Shown: positions 1 through 10,860, numbered from the stretch's first letter. The stretch is DNA of 26,687 bases from Octopus sinensis (GCF_006345805.1 NW_021835581.1:1-26687), one strand, 5' to 3'. Numbers and translations: made by a program. Notes: a model not told the origin generated them from the sequence alone.

Positions 1-459
1 TCAGTCAAATCGTATATATGACGCGATTAAAGTGTTTACTCTACAGGGAGTTTATAAATAGATTAATAAATTTATACTAAAATATGCTATACATTTTAGT
101 TTGGCGTTTTATTGATTCAATAACAAGTCATCATGTCTTTGAAATTGTAATAACAATGAAACTATGATGCCATTTTAAAATTAATATTTGGAGATAAATT
201 TAGAAGAGACTTTAGAAAATTGATTATTAGACATGAGAATTCTTTATCTGGTTTTTCATTTGGTTTTATATGTGAAGGATAACACGATCCTTGGTGCATA
301 GAGAATTAAAACGTTTTTGGGTTTTGGTTTTGTTTTGGGGTTTTTTTTTTTTTTTTTCAATTTTTTTTCAAGCCTCACTAGTCTGGAATTTTGCAATATT
401 ACCACTGTTTGAAAATTCGATCGCAAAGTGGAAACTTTGAAGTAACAGTCGTCTGTGTA

Positions 460-534
460 AACAAAAATATATGTATATATAATAATATATATATATATAT
501 ATATGATCAATATTATTTTGATGTTATGTGTATA

Positions 535-583
<49 letters not shown>

Positions 584-761
584 CAACACATACATATAAA
601 TATATTTATACACATATACGTATATACGTTTATTTATTTATTTTTTTTGCACTTTACTTAAATCATTGTTATATGTTTATCTTATATTTAATCTTTCTAT
701 ACGATGCAATTTTCTAAATGGTAATAATTTAAATTTTCATTAAGGTGTTTTTTTTTCTAAT

Positions 762-800
<39 letters not shown>

Positions 801-875
801 TATATTTTATGAAATTTTATTTAGTATTTTAAAATTGAATTTTTCCCTGTAAGTTTGGAATAATATTCCCTCATA

Positions 876-924
<49 letters not shown>

Positions 925-960
925 GTTGTTGTTGTTGTTATTATTATCATTATTATATAT
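460..960. repeat. (TA)n and (ATT)n/(GTT)n microsatellite patches in AT-rich DNA
   Basis: Directly visible (TA)n runs at ~474-600 and ~765-800, and (ATT)n at ~878-925. ORFs 256..615 and 391..717 are read-throughs of these repeats. Confidence 0.95.
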
Positions 961-1510
961 ATATATTTCTTTTGGGGAATAATAGTTTATCTCGGAGCAC
1001 ACTCATAAAGCGATAAATAATATAGCTGGTTATGTCCTTGTGTAGAGTGAAAGAATATGGATAGCCATTCTCCAACAGGACTTTTTGGAATTGTATGGTG
1101 CTGGTGATTTGCTTCCTGACTCGCTGCATTAACTGTGTATCCAAGGGATCTCGTTTATAATGTAGTTCGTCCTTGATATGATGGGCAGGATTGCATTATA
1201 ACCTACAGATTGTCCCGTACATGCCGCCTTTCTGTAAAATTTAGTAGAAATGGGTCCGTTTCAGTGATTTCGTGTTCAAACTTCTGCAGAAATATGGAAC
1301 TGGTGTTACTAGGACGCTGAAATTCAGATTTTATTTGCTCATCGATATTCTTGGACATTATTGTATATTTTAATTGCTTCCTCGCGAGACGATGTTAATA
1401 TGAGGATGCCATACTCATATTATCTGGCGAAAAAAAGACACGGGAGTAACAGCTGTTGGATACTCTACGTTCTAACCGACCCAAATTTCTGATCACTGAT
1501 ATACCTGACT

Positions 1511-1811
1511 GTAAAGGCGCGAGGCTTAGCGGTTAGGATATTCGGCTTCCGATCGTAAGGTCGTGGGTTCAATTCTCGGCGACGCGTTGTGTCCTTGAGC
1601 AAAACACCTTGTTTCACGTTGCTCCAGTCCACTCAGCTGGCAAAAATGAGTAGTACCTGTATTTCAAAGGGCCAGAGTCTTGTCACATTTTGTGTCACGC
1701 TGAGAAGTACGTTAAGCATGCACATGTCTTTGGAGTGCTCATCCACATGCACGTTAATTTCCGTTGATCAGATCGACTGGAACTCTCGTCGTCGTAACGG
1801 ACGGAGTGTCG
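1511..1811 (+). mobile_element. tRNA-derived CORE-type SINE (tail type 1) inserted in the PLE
   Basis: A-box AGGCTTAGCGGTTAG, B-box GGGTTCAATTCT and CORE-like GTGTCCTTGAGCAAAACAC. 13-bp TSD GATAT(A/G)CCTGACT at 1498-1510 and 1812-1824. Confidence 0.9.
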
Positions 1812-2679
1812 GATATGCCTGACTAACTTGACCCGTTGACAGTCTAGGAAGTTGTTTGTAAATAGACTCCTCGAACTGGGAGAAGATTTTGTCCATTATA
1901 GAGGTTAAAATTTCGTGGATATCTGGAGCTGTAAGCTCATAGCAGTGCAAGAGTTTATAGGTGACAAAGTGTTCGGTTAGTAAGTTGAAAGCTAGGCTTG
2001 CTGGGACAAAGGTGTATAGGAAAACAATGTCCAAAGTAAAAGTGTAGTGGTTTGTTTCTAAGTATGGACAGGTTGAGATCTCTTATTTTGTTGATGTCGT
2101 CGGTGAGGCATTCAACATATCCTTGGAAGGTTTGAAGTAGTGATTTGAGAAGATAGACGCCAAGGAATTTTGGAGAAGGGTCCGGTAATGTTGGGGGCAA
2201 TAGATCTAATTTTTAAATTTGGTCCCGGTTTATGCTTATATGAGGTAATAGAAAGCGAGGAATGTGCTGTTTTTTTGTGAAGAAGTTGCTTTTAATCTTA
2301 TTTAAGAACCCTCGCTTTTCACAGATGTTCGTCTAACGGGTGTTTATGGTAGCTTCGAACTGGTTAGAAGCGATGTTGTTGACTTTTTCATATAATGTAA
2401 TGTAATGTTTCGATTTTCGACTTGCCAATTCGTTCATATTTATTCTTTTCTATAATGCAGAATTCTGGGTTTTAAATGCAAGTTCTGCAGAGTGATGAAT
2501 TGCAAGCTAGAGAGAAATCAAAAGAAGAGGGATGTTTTTTCAAAGATGTTGAAAACTGAATGTTTGTCTCACTAGTTTAGCGTTAAATTCTAGGTTAAAA
2601 AGTAGATGGTAAAGTATGCTGTCTGAATGGTTGGTAAGCAATTTCGCGGTGGTTATAGCAGAGGTGAATGCAGAGATAG

Positions 2680-2935
2680 TGTTAGTTAAGTTAATTTTTT
2701 GGCTCAAAAAGCAAAAAGCAAAAAGCAAAGCCATGTAGGAGGGCATGGAGTTACGTACAGGGTGGTGTTCATGCAAAGAGTTCAGGCCATTTCTGGTCAA
2801 GAGAGACTTTGAACCGAGCGGTAATCGGCATCTTCACTATCTCGTCCGGCAGCTTATTCCACGGATCCGCAACCCGGACGGAGAAAGCCCCTCTCCTTCG
2901 ATTGAGATGAAATCGTCGTAGTGAAGGATGGGGAG
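2680..2935 (-). mobile_element. 5'-truncated CR1/L2-type LINE 3' end inside the PLE
   Basis: Minus strand reads RRFHLNRRRGAFSVRVADPWNKLPDEIVKMPITARFKVSLDQKWPELFA* (the FS.RV...WN.LP....FK..LD motif), then a short 3'UTR and an AACTTAACTAAC tail. Confidence 0.8.
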
Positions 2936-3667
2936 TCAGACTTCAGAGCTGATATCCATTTTAGCTCAGCAGGAGGTAGTTGCTATATCAAGCTTTAGTT
3001 TCTTGTTAAATCGCTGGCCTAAAATGAATTTTGGACCAAGATTTAGTAGATACATCGCATTACGGTGTCAGCTAGATCTGTAACACGTGGTCTATTGTAA
3101 TCAACAGTGGTAGACTAAAAGTTGTCATTGTTTGCGGTAGCTTCGCTAGTAAAGATCAAGGTTATTTTCATTGTTCTTGTTATATCAGCGACCTGTTGTT
3201 GGGGACGGTGTACCTGCCAAGTTTATGTAGGTTTTGGTGTCAGCGGTTTTATAGTGACTGCGAAGGATGAATTGGTGCAGTAGCAATTATTTCGAATCCA
3301 ACGAAATTTGTGTGCAAGATGTCTTTTATCTTGGTCGACGCGTTTGTGGTAGCAGCCATTAATCTTGCTGTGCAAATGTGATAGCAATATGTTAGAAAGT
3401 CGTTTAAATTTGCTTTTAGAGCAGAGATCGATAATTTGTGTATGGAGGTGCCTTATGATATTCTTAATGATGAAAATCTGGATAAACCTACGAGTAATTT
3501 CGGAAAAAAAAAATAAAGAATGTTCTTTGTAGCGCTGGGTATGACGTTTCGGACAGAGTTTAAGAAGGTTAGTCAGGCAGCAAGCCTTGGCTGGTTTCTC
3601 CGATTTCGACAAAATCGAAAATTCAGTCTGGCTCAGCTGTGACGATAGCAGATTAGTATAGTTTTCA

Positions 3668-4237
3668 TGGTGAAAGCGCGTGGCTTAGTGGTTAGAGTAT
3701 TCGGCTCACGATCGTAAGGTCGTGAGTTCAATTCCCGGCGGCGCGTTATGTCTTAGAGCAAGACACTTTATTTCACATTGCTCCAACCCACTCAGCTGGC
3801 AAAAATGAGTAGTACCTATTTCTTTACTACCCACAAGGGTATAAACACAGAGCAGACAAACAAGGACATACAAACAGATTAAGTCGATTACATCGACCCC
3901 AGTGCGTAACTGGTACTTAATTTATCGACCCCAAAAGGATGAAAGGCAAAGTTGACCTCGGCGGAATTTGAACTCAGAACGTAACGGCAGATGAAATACG
4001 GCTACGAATTTCGCCCGGCGTGCTAACGTTTCTGCCAGCTCGCCGCTGAGTAGTACCTATAATTCAAAGGGCCAGCTTTGTTACACTCTTGTGTCAAACT
4101 GAATCTCCTCGAGAACTACGTGAGGAGTACTTGTATTTGTGAAGTGCTCAGCCACTTGCACGCTAATTTCACAAACGGGCTGTTCCGTTGATCGGATAAA
4201 CTGAAACCCTCGTCGTCGTAACTAACGGAGTACCAGT
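3668..4237 (+). mobile_element. tRNA-derived CORE-type SINE (tail type 1), itself interrupted by another SINE
   Basis: A-box TGGCTTAGTGGTTAG, B-box GAGTTCAATTCC, and the same body and tail as 1511-1811. Perfect 11-bp TSD TATAGTTTTCA at 3657-3667 and 4238-4248. Confidence 0.92.
3820..4046 (-). mobile_element. tRNA-derived SINE ('GGCGGCGAGCTGGCAG' family, CCCTTGTGG tail) nested in the CORE-SINE
   Basis: Reverse complement of the 9306-9533 and 9714-9945 copies. Perfect 14-bp TSD TGAGTAGTACCTAT at 3806-3819 and 4047-4060. Confidence 0.93.
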
Positions 4238-4671
4238 TATAGTTTTCACGAAGCATCGTCTCGTATAAATGAATGTTTTAAAGCCAAGGTAACGCAGATT
4301 AAAAATTTCTTAAAATGCAAATCGATGGTTGGTACTATTACTAGAAATATTTCAATATTTTAGGGATTAGGACCTCTTTTTCAAGAAATCTATAGAGAAA
4401 AATTGTGGATATCTGACTTCTTTAATCTGTAATGTGTGTATGAAGAGTTGTTTTGCGCTGCTATAGTTGTCGATCGGTGCATGCAGCTCTGATCAGTTAT
4501 TTATTCGCGAGCTGTACTTGTTAATTAACATAGCTTCTTTTATTTTCAAGTTACCACTATTTCTTTCTGTAACTTCAATGGAAACTGGGATGTCTTGGAT
4601 GTGCATTTCCATAAGTGTTTTTATTGAAAAAGCATTAGCACGGAGGTGTTATCATATATACATATACATGC

Positions 4672-4672
4672 T

Positions 4673-4708
<36 letters not shown>

Positions 4709-4880
4709 TTCCTATCGTTTGACACCAGGTGTTGGTTTGTTTAGGGGTTCGGCAAAAGATGCCGATAGGATAAGAACCAGACCTGAAAATACATATAGGG
4801 GTCGAATTATTTGACTAAACCCTTCAAGATGGTGCTACAGCATGGCCGCAGTTCAATGCCTGAAACAAGTAAATGATAAA
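4672..4880 (+). mobile_element. Degenerate 3' half of the microsatellite-containing SINE family
   Basis: (TG)n followed by sequence similar to 10660-10860 (TTCGGCAAAAGA...CAGCATGGCCGCAG...TGAAACAAGTAAA). Confidence 0.8.
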
Positions 4881-5311
4881 AAAACAACTATCAAAAGAAA
4901 AACATAGACGCTGGAATTTTATAACATAAGTATCATTTTGATCTGAACTATAATCTATAAAATACTAAAATTTGATATTCTGTTTCTCTGTATCTTTGTT
5001 CGTTGTTTTTTGAATAAGCAATGTATTGTCATGTTAAAATTTTTTGGACTTGCTTTGTTATTTTCAGACTCAAAGGTAAAAGGCCTTTCTGCATGAAAAA
5101 CGTTTTAAGCGAGTTTGACAAACAGAAGATATTTTTTTCTATGTTGTTGCTCTAACTCTTTTAAAAACGTTGTTGCCATTTATGGATGAGAAATAAAAAC
5201 CCAAGATAGAAAAACTGCGCTAGCATTCCATACACACACATAGACACTCACACTCGCGCATGCGCTTGCGTAAGCGCATGCGCATGGGCATTCACATACA
5301 ACTTTGAAATG

Positions 5312-5974
5312 TACGAGTGGTCACAGAAAAGGGATCTTTTCGGTTTGAACGGCAGTTTTTTCTAGCGGTGTCATATGAAATTGTCACCCATAATTATGAC
5401 CCTAGTATCGATCTATTGCATTTCAATCTGTTTTAGGGTTAGGGTTAGTTAGGGTTAGGGTTTGGAGTGGGGGAAGGGTATCTTTTTTCTTCACAAATGT
5501 AAATAAACCCAATCTGTTTCTTAAACGAGGCACATATTCATACGGCACAGAATGTTTTTTTTTATCTCAATAGACGTCAGTGATTAGTTGAAATTGCAGA
5601 AATTGAAGAAAAAAAACAACAAATATCTTACAAACTATAGAATTTTCTCAATAAAGCCAAGAGAAAAAGATGTTTTATAAACACATTCTACCAGTATACG
5701 AAATTTAAAATTTTTTAGTTACCTAGAAATTATGCTAAAAACTGCCGTTCAAACCGAAAAGATCCCAGAAAAGTTCTTAGCTTTAAGGATATCGCGGAAG
5801 ATCTGGTTGGAGGCCCACCCTTCCGAGTTCTTTTACAGGGCTTAGGAAAACTGAAGAACCGCTGCATTAAGTGTGTGAATTTGAAAGGGTAATATCCTGA
5901 ATAAAATCATAATTAACTGATCCTCCTCTATTTTGTTTTACACAAAGCCAGGAACTTTCCAGCGCCCTCTTGTA
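5312..5974 (+). mobile_element. Non-autonomous mariner (Tc1/mariner) element with a transposase C-terminal remnant; left TIR split by a MITE
   Basis: Removing 5331-5772 rebuilds a left TIR TACGAGTGGTCACAGAAAAGTTCTTAGCTTT, similar to the right TIR (rc) TACAAGAGGGCGCTGGAAAGTTCCTGGCTTT. Both ends are TA. 5795-5895 reads WLEAHPSEFF/LQGLGKLKNRCIKCVNLKG*Y, a mariner C-terminus. Confidence 0.85.
5331..5766. mobile_element. MITE with perfect 30-bp TIRs and internal (TTAGGG)n
   Basis: GGGATCTTTTCGGTTTGAACGGCAGTTTTT at 5331-5360 is exactly inverted at 5737-5766. TSD is AGAAAA (6 bp) or CAGAAAAG (8 bp). Four TTAGGG plus a partial unit at 5433-5460. Confidence 0.95.
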
Positions 5975-6080
5975 TATACATGTGATTCATAGCAAAGGCA
6001 CACACGCATGCGCATAGACACACATAAACATAGACACACACGAAGACTTGCACACTCACATACACACACACACATTCTCT

Positions 6081-6304
6081 CTTTACTCTTTTACTCTTTT
6101 ACTTGTTTCAGTCATTTGACTGCGGCCATGCTGGAGCACCGCCTTTTAGTCGAGCAAATCGACCCCAGGACTTATTCTTTGTAAGCCCAGTACTTATTTC
6201 ATCGATCTCTTTTGCCGAACCGCTAAGTGACGGGGACGTAAACACACCAGCATCGGTTGTCAAGCAATGCTGGGGGACAAACACACACACACACACAAAC
6301 ACAT

Positions 6305-6369
<65 letters not shown>

Positions 6370-6532
6370 TACGACAGGCTTCTTTCAGTTTCTGTCTACC
6401 AAATCCACTCACAAGGCATTGGTCGGCCCGGGGCTATAGCAGAAGACACTTGCCCAAGATGCCAGGAAGTGGGACTGAACCCGGAACCATGTGGTTGGTT
6501 AGCAAGCTACTTACCACACAGCCACTCCTATG
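6081..6532 (-). mobile_element. Full-length tRNA-derived SINE with an internal (TA)n/(TG)n microsatellite
   Basis: Reverse complement of 10447-10860. A-box TGGCTGTGTGGTAAG, B-box GGTTCAGTCCC, (AAAAGAGT)n tail. Confidence 0.92.
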
Positions 6533-6659
6533 TATTAACATAGACGGATATAGTTCCCTAAAACACGAACACCTGATTCACTGGCATATTTTTCTAAATC
6601 TCGGTCTATCCTTTCCGCTCTGCTTGTCTTTCTATCTCATTCTCCCTCTTATTCTCTTT

Positions 6660-6689
6660 CTCGTTCTCTCTTTCACTCTCTCTCTCCCC

Positions 6690-6721
<32 letters not shown>

Positions 6722-6961
6722 TACATCACAAACACATATATATATATGTACATATGTATACATGCATATTTATATATATACATATATCTGTGTATATGTA
6801 TATATGTACACACAAACACATACATGTATATACATGAATAAATATTATACATATATACGCAAACGTCAATATATAAACACATAAGGTGTATATATATATA
6901 TATATACATACATACATACGTGTATATAGATAGATAGATAGATACATAGATAGATAGATAC

Positions 6962-6994
<33 letters not shown>

Positions 6995-7760
6995 CCCTGC
7001 ATAGACATACAAGTATGTAATACTCACGTGTGTGTGTAAGTGTGTGTGTGTGTGTGTGCTATGAGGTGTGCCTCTGTGTGTGTTGTGTGTGTGTGTGTGC
7101 GCGCGCGCGCGCGCGTGTGTGTGTGTGTGGTGTGTGTGCCTGTGTGGCTGTTGTCGATGTTTCTTCTGCACGTGCTTTCTAAAGAGGATTAGCCTAAGGA
7201 ATACAAGACAAACACAATAAAACAACACAAGATCAACATCAACATCATCATCATCATCATTATTATCACCATTAACAACAACAACAACAACAACAACAGC
7301 AACAACGAGAACATTCGCGCAAACAAAAACTCAACACCGTTGCAATGTTTCACCACCATCGCCCTTACACCACCATTTTCGCCGCCATCAACAGCAGCAG
7401 CAGCAACAACAACACCCATTGTTTCTTTACAATAGCTCCGCCATCCCTATCACCATTACACCTCCAATAGCAGAGTCTACCAATGCAATTTTCGAGTGGC
7501 GTTATTCTCTTGGTGCAGCCATCATCACTATCACCGCCATTCATTGCATCTGTACACCACCGCACCACCACCACCACCACCACCACCACCACCATCAATA
7601 GCATCCTGGCATCGCTCGTAGCGCCACCTTGGCAAACCTTATTCTCTAGACATCACCTCTATCCGCATCGACATCGCCGCCAACACCATACGTACAGTCA
7701 CTGCCCACTTCTCCCCCCCCCCCACCTCACCAGCTAGCACTACCTTCCACCATCACCACC
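6660..7760. repeat. Compound microsatellite/low-complexity block: (TC)n, (TA)n, (GATA)n, (GT)n(GC)n, (CAT)n, (CAA)n, (CAC)n
   Basis: Directly visible. The ORFs here are homopolymeric read-throughs. Confidence 0.95.
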
Positions 7761-7949
7761 GTCTACGACTGGTCAATCCTTCTTCCCCCTCTTGATGTAT
7801 CACCTAATCGTACAGGCGGGAATTAAGACCAACGGCGGCCTTGCTTAATTCGCCAGATTTACTAACCGCCTGCACGGAAAATCACGAAGACGCAACAAGC
7901 TTGTACGAACGTGAGCTGTACACATCTGACACCGGGTTGTTCATACATA

Positions 7950-8185
7950 TATATCTCTACGCGCGCGCGTGTGTGTGTGTGTGTGTGTGTGTGTACATTT
8001 CTGCTTGTCAGTTTGACTGTCTTTCCGTGTATACATAAATGCATGCGTATATAGATAGATAAGGAAATAGATATAGATAATACATATACATACATATATA
8101 TATAATATATATATATATTATATATATATGTATGTATATGTATTATCTATATCTTATATATATATATATTATATATATATATATA

Positions 8186-8221
<36 letters not shown>

Positions 8222-8542
8222 GTATGTATGTATATATATGTATAAATATATACTCACTCACTTATGCACATACATGCATACATATATTACATATTTATAT
8301 ACATACACACATACATATGACATGTATACGTTATATATATACATATATATACACACACACACATATATATATACTCACTCACTTAAGCACATACATGCAT
8401 ATATATTTTACATATTTATATGCATACACACATACATGTATACATTATACATATATATACATATATATACATATATACACATAGAAGTAAATATATGGCA
8501 CAACGAAATAGATATAGATAATACATATACTTACATATGTAT

Positions 8543-8582
<40 letters not shown>

Positions 8583-9125
8583 CATTACTAATTTTATATA
8601 TATATATATATATAAAGTTTTATATGTGTCTGCGCGTGTATATATGTAAAAGCAAATATATTTATGACTATATATGCATATATGTACGTCGCGTATGCGT
8701 ACACATTGATATAAAACAACAAACGCCATGCAAGTGTATATATGTGTGCATGCATGTATGTGCATCTGTATGTTTTATGCATTATATTTATATATATGTG
8801 TGTGTGTGTGTATACATATAAATATGTTTATATATGCATATACGTACATCTGTGTGCGTGTGCGTATGTGTCTGTGCGCGCGAGCGCGTGTGCTCTTGTG
8901 CGCGTGCGTGCGTGTACGTACTCTTAGAAAGGAAACAAACGAGGTAATTAGATGTCGGAGATGCTAAGAGAAACATCCAATGCTAATCCCTGGGTGGAGG
9001 ATAATCCTCATATTCAGTATTTCCCACGCCCTGCACTACTACCACCACTACCACCACCACCACCACCACCACCACCACCACCACTACCACCACCACCACC
9101 ACCACCACCACCACCACCACCCAAT
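7950..9125. repeat. Degenerate (TA/CA/TG)n block and (CCA)n tract at ~9047-9121
   Basis: Directly visible. A short unique island lies at ~8920-9045. Confidence 0.95.
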
Positions 9126-9280
9126 GCATCCTTTTGTTTTCAATATTCCTCCGTGCATCATTCCATCCCTCTGTTCATCCCTTCTATGCATTTCTCTCGA
9201 TTCCATCAGGAATCAGAAGCGTGCATGTTGCACACAAGTGTTTCGCTGTGTTTATTTTACTTGCCTAACGTTCTGTGAAT

Positions 9281-9625
9281 GCGAGTGGCTAGTGGTTAGG
9301 CTGTTCGGCGAGCTGGCAGAAACGTTAGCACGCCGGGCGAAATGCGTAGCCGTATTTCGTCTGCCGTTACGTTCTGTGTTCAAATTCCGCCGAGGTCGAC
9401 TTTGCCTTTCATCCTCTCGAGGTCGATAAATTAAGTACCAGTTACGCTCTGGGGTCGATATAATCGACTTAATCCGTCTGTCTGTCCTTGTTTGTCTCCT
9501 CTGTGTTTAGCCCCTTGTGGGTAGTAAAGAAATCGGTTTCATGATTGTTAGATCAAGGGTTCGATTCTTAAACAAGGCATTTCAATTCACGTTGCCCCAG
9601 TAGATTCAGCTGAAAATGAACACCA
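9281..9625 (+). mobile_element. Old CORE-type SINE remnant split between its A and B boxes by a younger SINE
   Basis: GCGAGTGGCTAGTGGTTAGGCTGTT (9281-9305) joined to CGGTTTCATGATTGTTAGATCAAGGGTTCGATTC (from ~9534) rebuilds a head parallel to 3676-3735. Confidence 0.7.
9306..9533 (+). mobile_element. tRNA-derived SINE ('GGCGAGCTGGCAG' family, CCCCTTGTGG tail)
   Basis: Near-identical to 3820-4046 (rc) and 9714-9945. B-box-like GTTCAAATTCC. Confidence 0.92.
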
Positions 9626-9707
9626 GTGGCAACGTACCATTGACTGAGGTCTCGTTCACAAGGATATTTCTATTCTCACCTGAAACGCCTTCAATATTCA
9701 GATCCGG

Positions 9708-10329
9708 AAGGCAAGGCGGCGAGCTGACTGAATCGTTAGAACGCAGGGCGAAAAGCTTAGCGGTATTTCGTCTGCCGTTACGTTCTGAGTTCAAATTCCG
9801 CCGAGGTCGACATTGCCTTTCATCCTTTCGGGGTCCATAAATTAAGTACCAATTACGCACCGGGGTCGATGTAATTGACTTAATCCGTTTGTCTGTCCTT
9901 GTTTGCCCTCTCTGTGTTTAGCCCCTTGTGGGTAGTAAAGAAATAGGTATTTCGTCCGTTGCTACGTTCTGAGTTCAATTTCTGCCGAGGTCGACTTTGC
10001 CTTTCATCCTTTCGGGGTCGATAAATTAAGTACCAGTTACGCAAGGGGTCGATGTAATCGACTTAATCCCTTTGTCTTTCCTTGTTTATCCCCTCTATGT
10101 TTAGCCCCTTGTGAGCAATAAAGAAATAAGAATCGTTAGCACGTCGGGCGAAATTCTTAACGGTATTTCGTCCGTTGCTGCGTTCTCAATTCAATTTCTG
10201 CTGAAGTCGACTTCGCCTTTCATCCTTTCGGGGTCCATAAATTAAGTACCAGTTGCGTACTGGGGGCGATCTAATCGAATGACCACCACTCCCCAAAAAG
10301 TTTGGGCCTTGTGCCTAGAGTAGAAAAGA
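9708..10329 (+). mobile_element. Head-to-tail stack of three SINE units of the same family
   Basis: The units are ~9708-9945, ~9946-10129 (restarts at the internal GGTATTTCGTC) and ~10130-10329 (restarts at GAATCGTTAG and has a different tail, ...GTGCCTAGAGTAGAAAAGAAT). A probable TSD TTCAGATC(C/T)GG at 9697-9707 and 10333-10343 flanks the whole stack. Confidence 0.88.
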
Positions 10330-10446
10330 ATGTTCAGATCTGGGCTCATAAGATTCTCAACTCAAGACAAGATAAAGAGATCTTCTGAGTTCAAATCCCA
10401 TCGAAGTAGACTTTGTCTTAGCATCCTTACGGGATTGATAATATTA

Positions 10447-10860
10447 AGGCGTAGGAGTGGCTGTGTGGTAAGTAACTTACTTACGAATCACATGGTTCCA
10501 GGTTCAGTCCCACTGTGTGGCACCTTGAGCAAGTGTCTTCTACTATATCCTCGGGCCAACCAAAACCTTGTGAGTGGATTTGGTAGACGGAAACTGAAAG
10601 AAACCCATCGTATATATGTATATATATATATATGTATGTGTGTGTATGTTTGTGTGTCTGTGTTTGTCTCCCCAACATCCCTTGACAACCGATGCTGGTG
10701 TGTTTACGTCCCCGTAACTTAGCGATTCGGCAAAAGAGACCGATAGAATAAGTACTAGGCTTACAAAGAATAAGTCCTGGGGTCGATTTGCTCGACTGAA
10801 GGCGATGATCCAGCATGGCCACAGTCAAATGACTGAAACAAGTAAAAGAGTAAAAAAAGA
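10447..10860 (+). mobile_element. Full-length tRNA-derived SINE with an internal microsatellite, preceded by a degenerate SINE piece at ~10345-10446
   Basis: Same family as 6081-6532. A-box TGGCTGTGTGGTAAG, B-box GGTTCAGTCCC. Confidence 0.92.

Larger units (their letters stand above)
958..4645 (-). mobile_element. Decayed Penelope-like retroelement: 5' pLTR, N-terminal region and RT, with the 3' GIY-YIG lost; interrupted by nested insertions
   Basis: Minus-strand remnants occur in PLE order: N-terminal region (3223-3612), KIRSIAPNITGPFSKI (~2200), DIVFLYTFVP and FSQFEESIYKQ (1768-2034), IDEQIKSEF..RP and KFYRK (1150-1400), LLENGYP (~1060). Upstream, 4250-4645 reads HLRANAFSIKTLMEMH...LKIKEAMLINKYSSRINN*. 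This is a GIY-YIG C-terminus, i.e. the partial tandem pLTR copy typical of PLEs. Many stops and frameshifts. Confidence 0.85.

Noticed and set aside
81-290. Hydrophobic stretch MLYILVWRFIDSITSHHVFEIVITM followed, in another frame, by YDAILKLIFGDKFRRDFRKLII, reminiscent of GPCR TM7/helix 8
   Set aside because: It needs a frameshift, the spacing does not match the N..NF..Y...FR motif, and no upstream ORF is visible. A tBLASTn or HMM hit would be required.
3645-4270. Possible hammerhead in the 5' pLTR split by the SINE (rc GAGACGA-TGC-TTCG-TGAAAACTATAC)
   Set aside because: The core lacks U4, stem II and stem I do not pair, and no 3-8 complementarity is present.
5061-5155. Polypyrimidine-CAG acceptor followed by an 8-nt micro-exon or a short LKGKRPFC... 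terminal exon
   Set aside because: No recognisable protein similarity, no partner exons and no transcript evidence.
5433-5460. TTAGGG repeats as a telomere or fusion scar
   Set aside because: There are only about four units and they lie inside a TIR-bounded MITE.
9281-10329. SINE A/B boxes as tRNA genes, or the repeated units as a CRISPR-like array
   Set aside because: There are no complete cloverleaves, the heads continue into SINE bodies, and the units are overlapping SINE segments without unique spacers.
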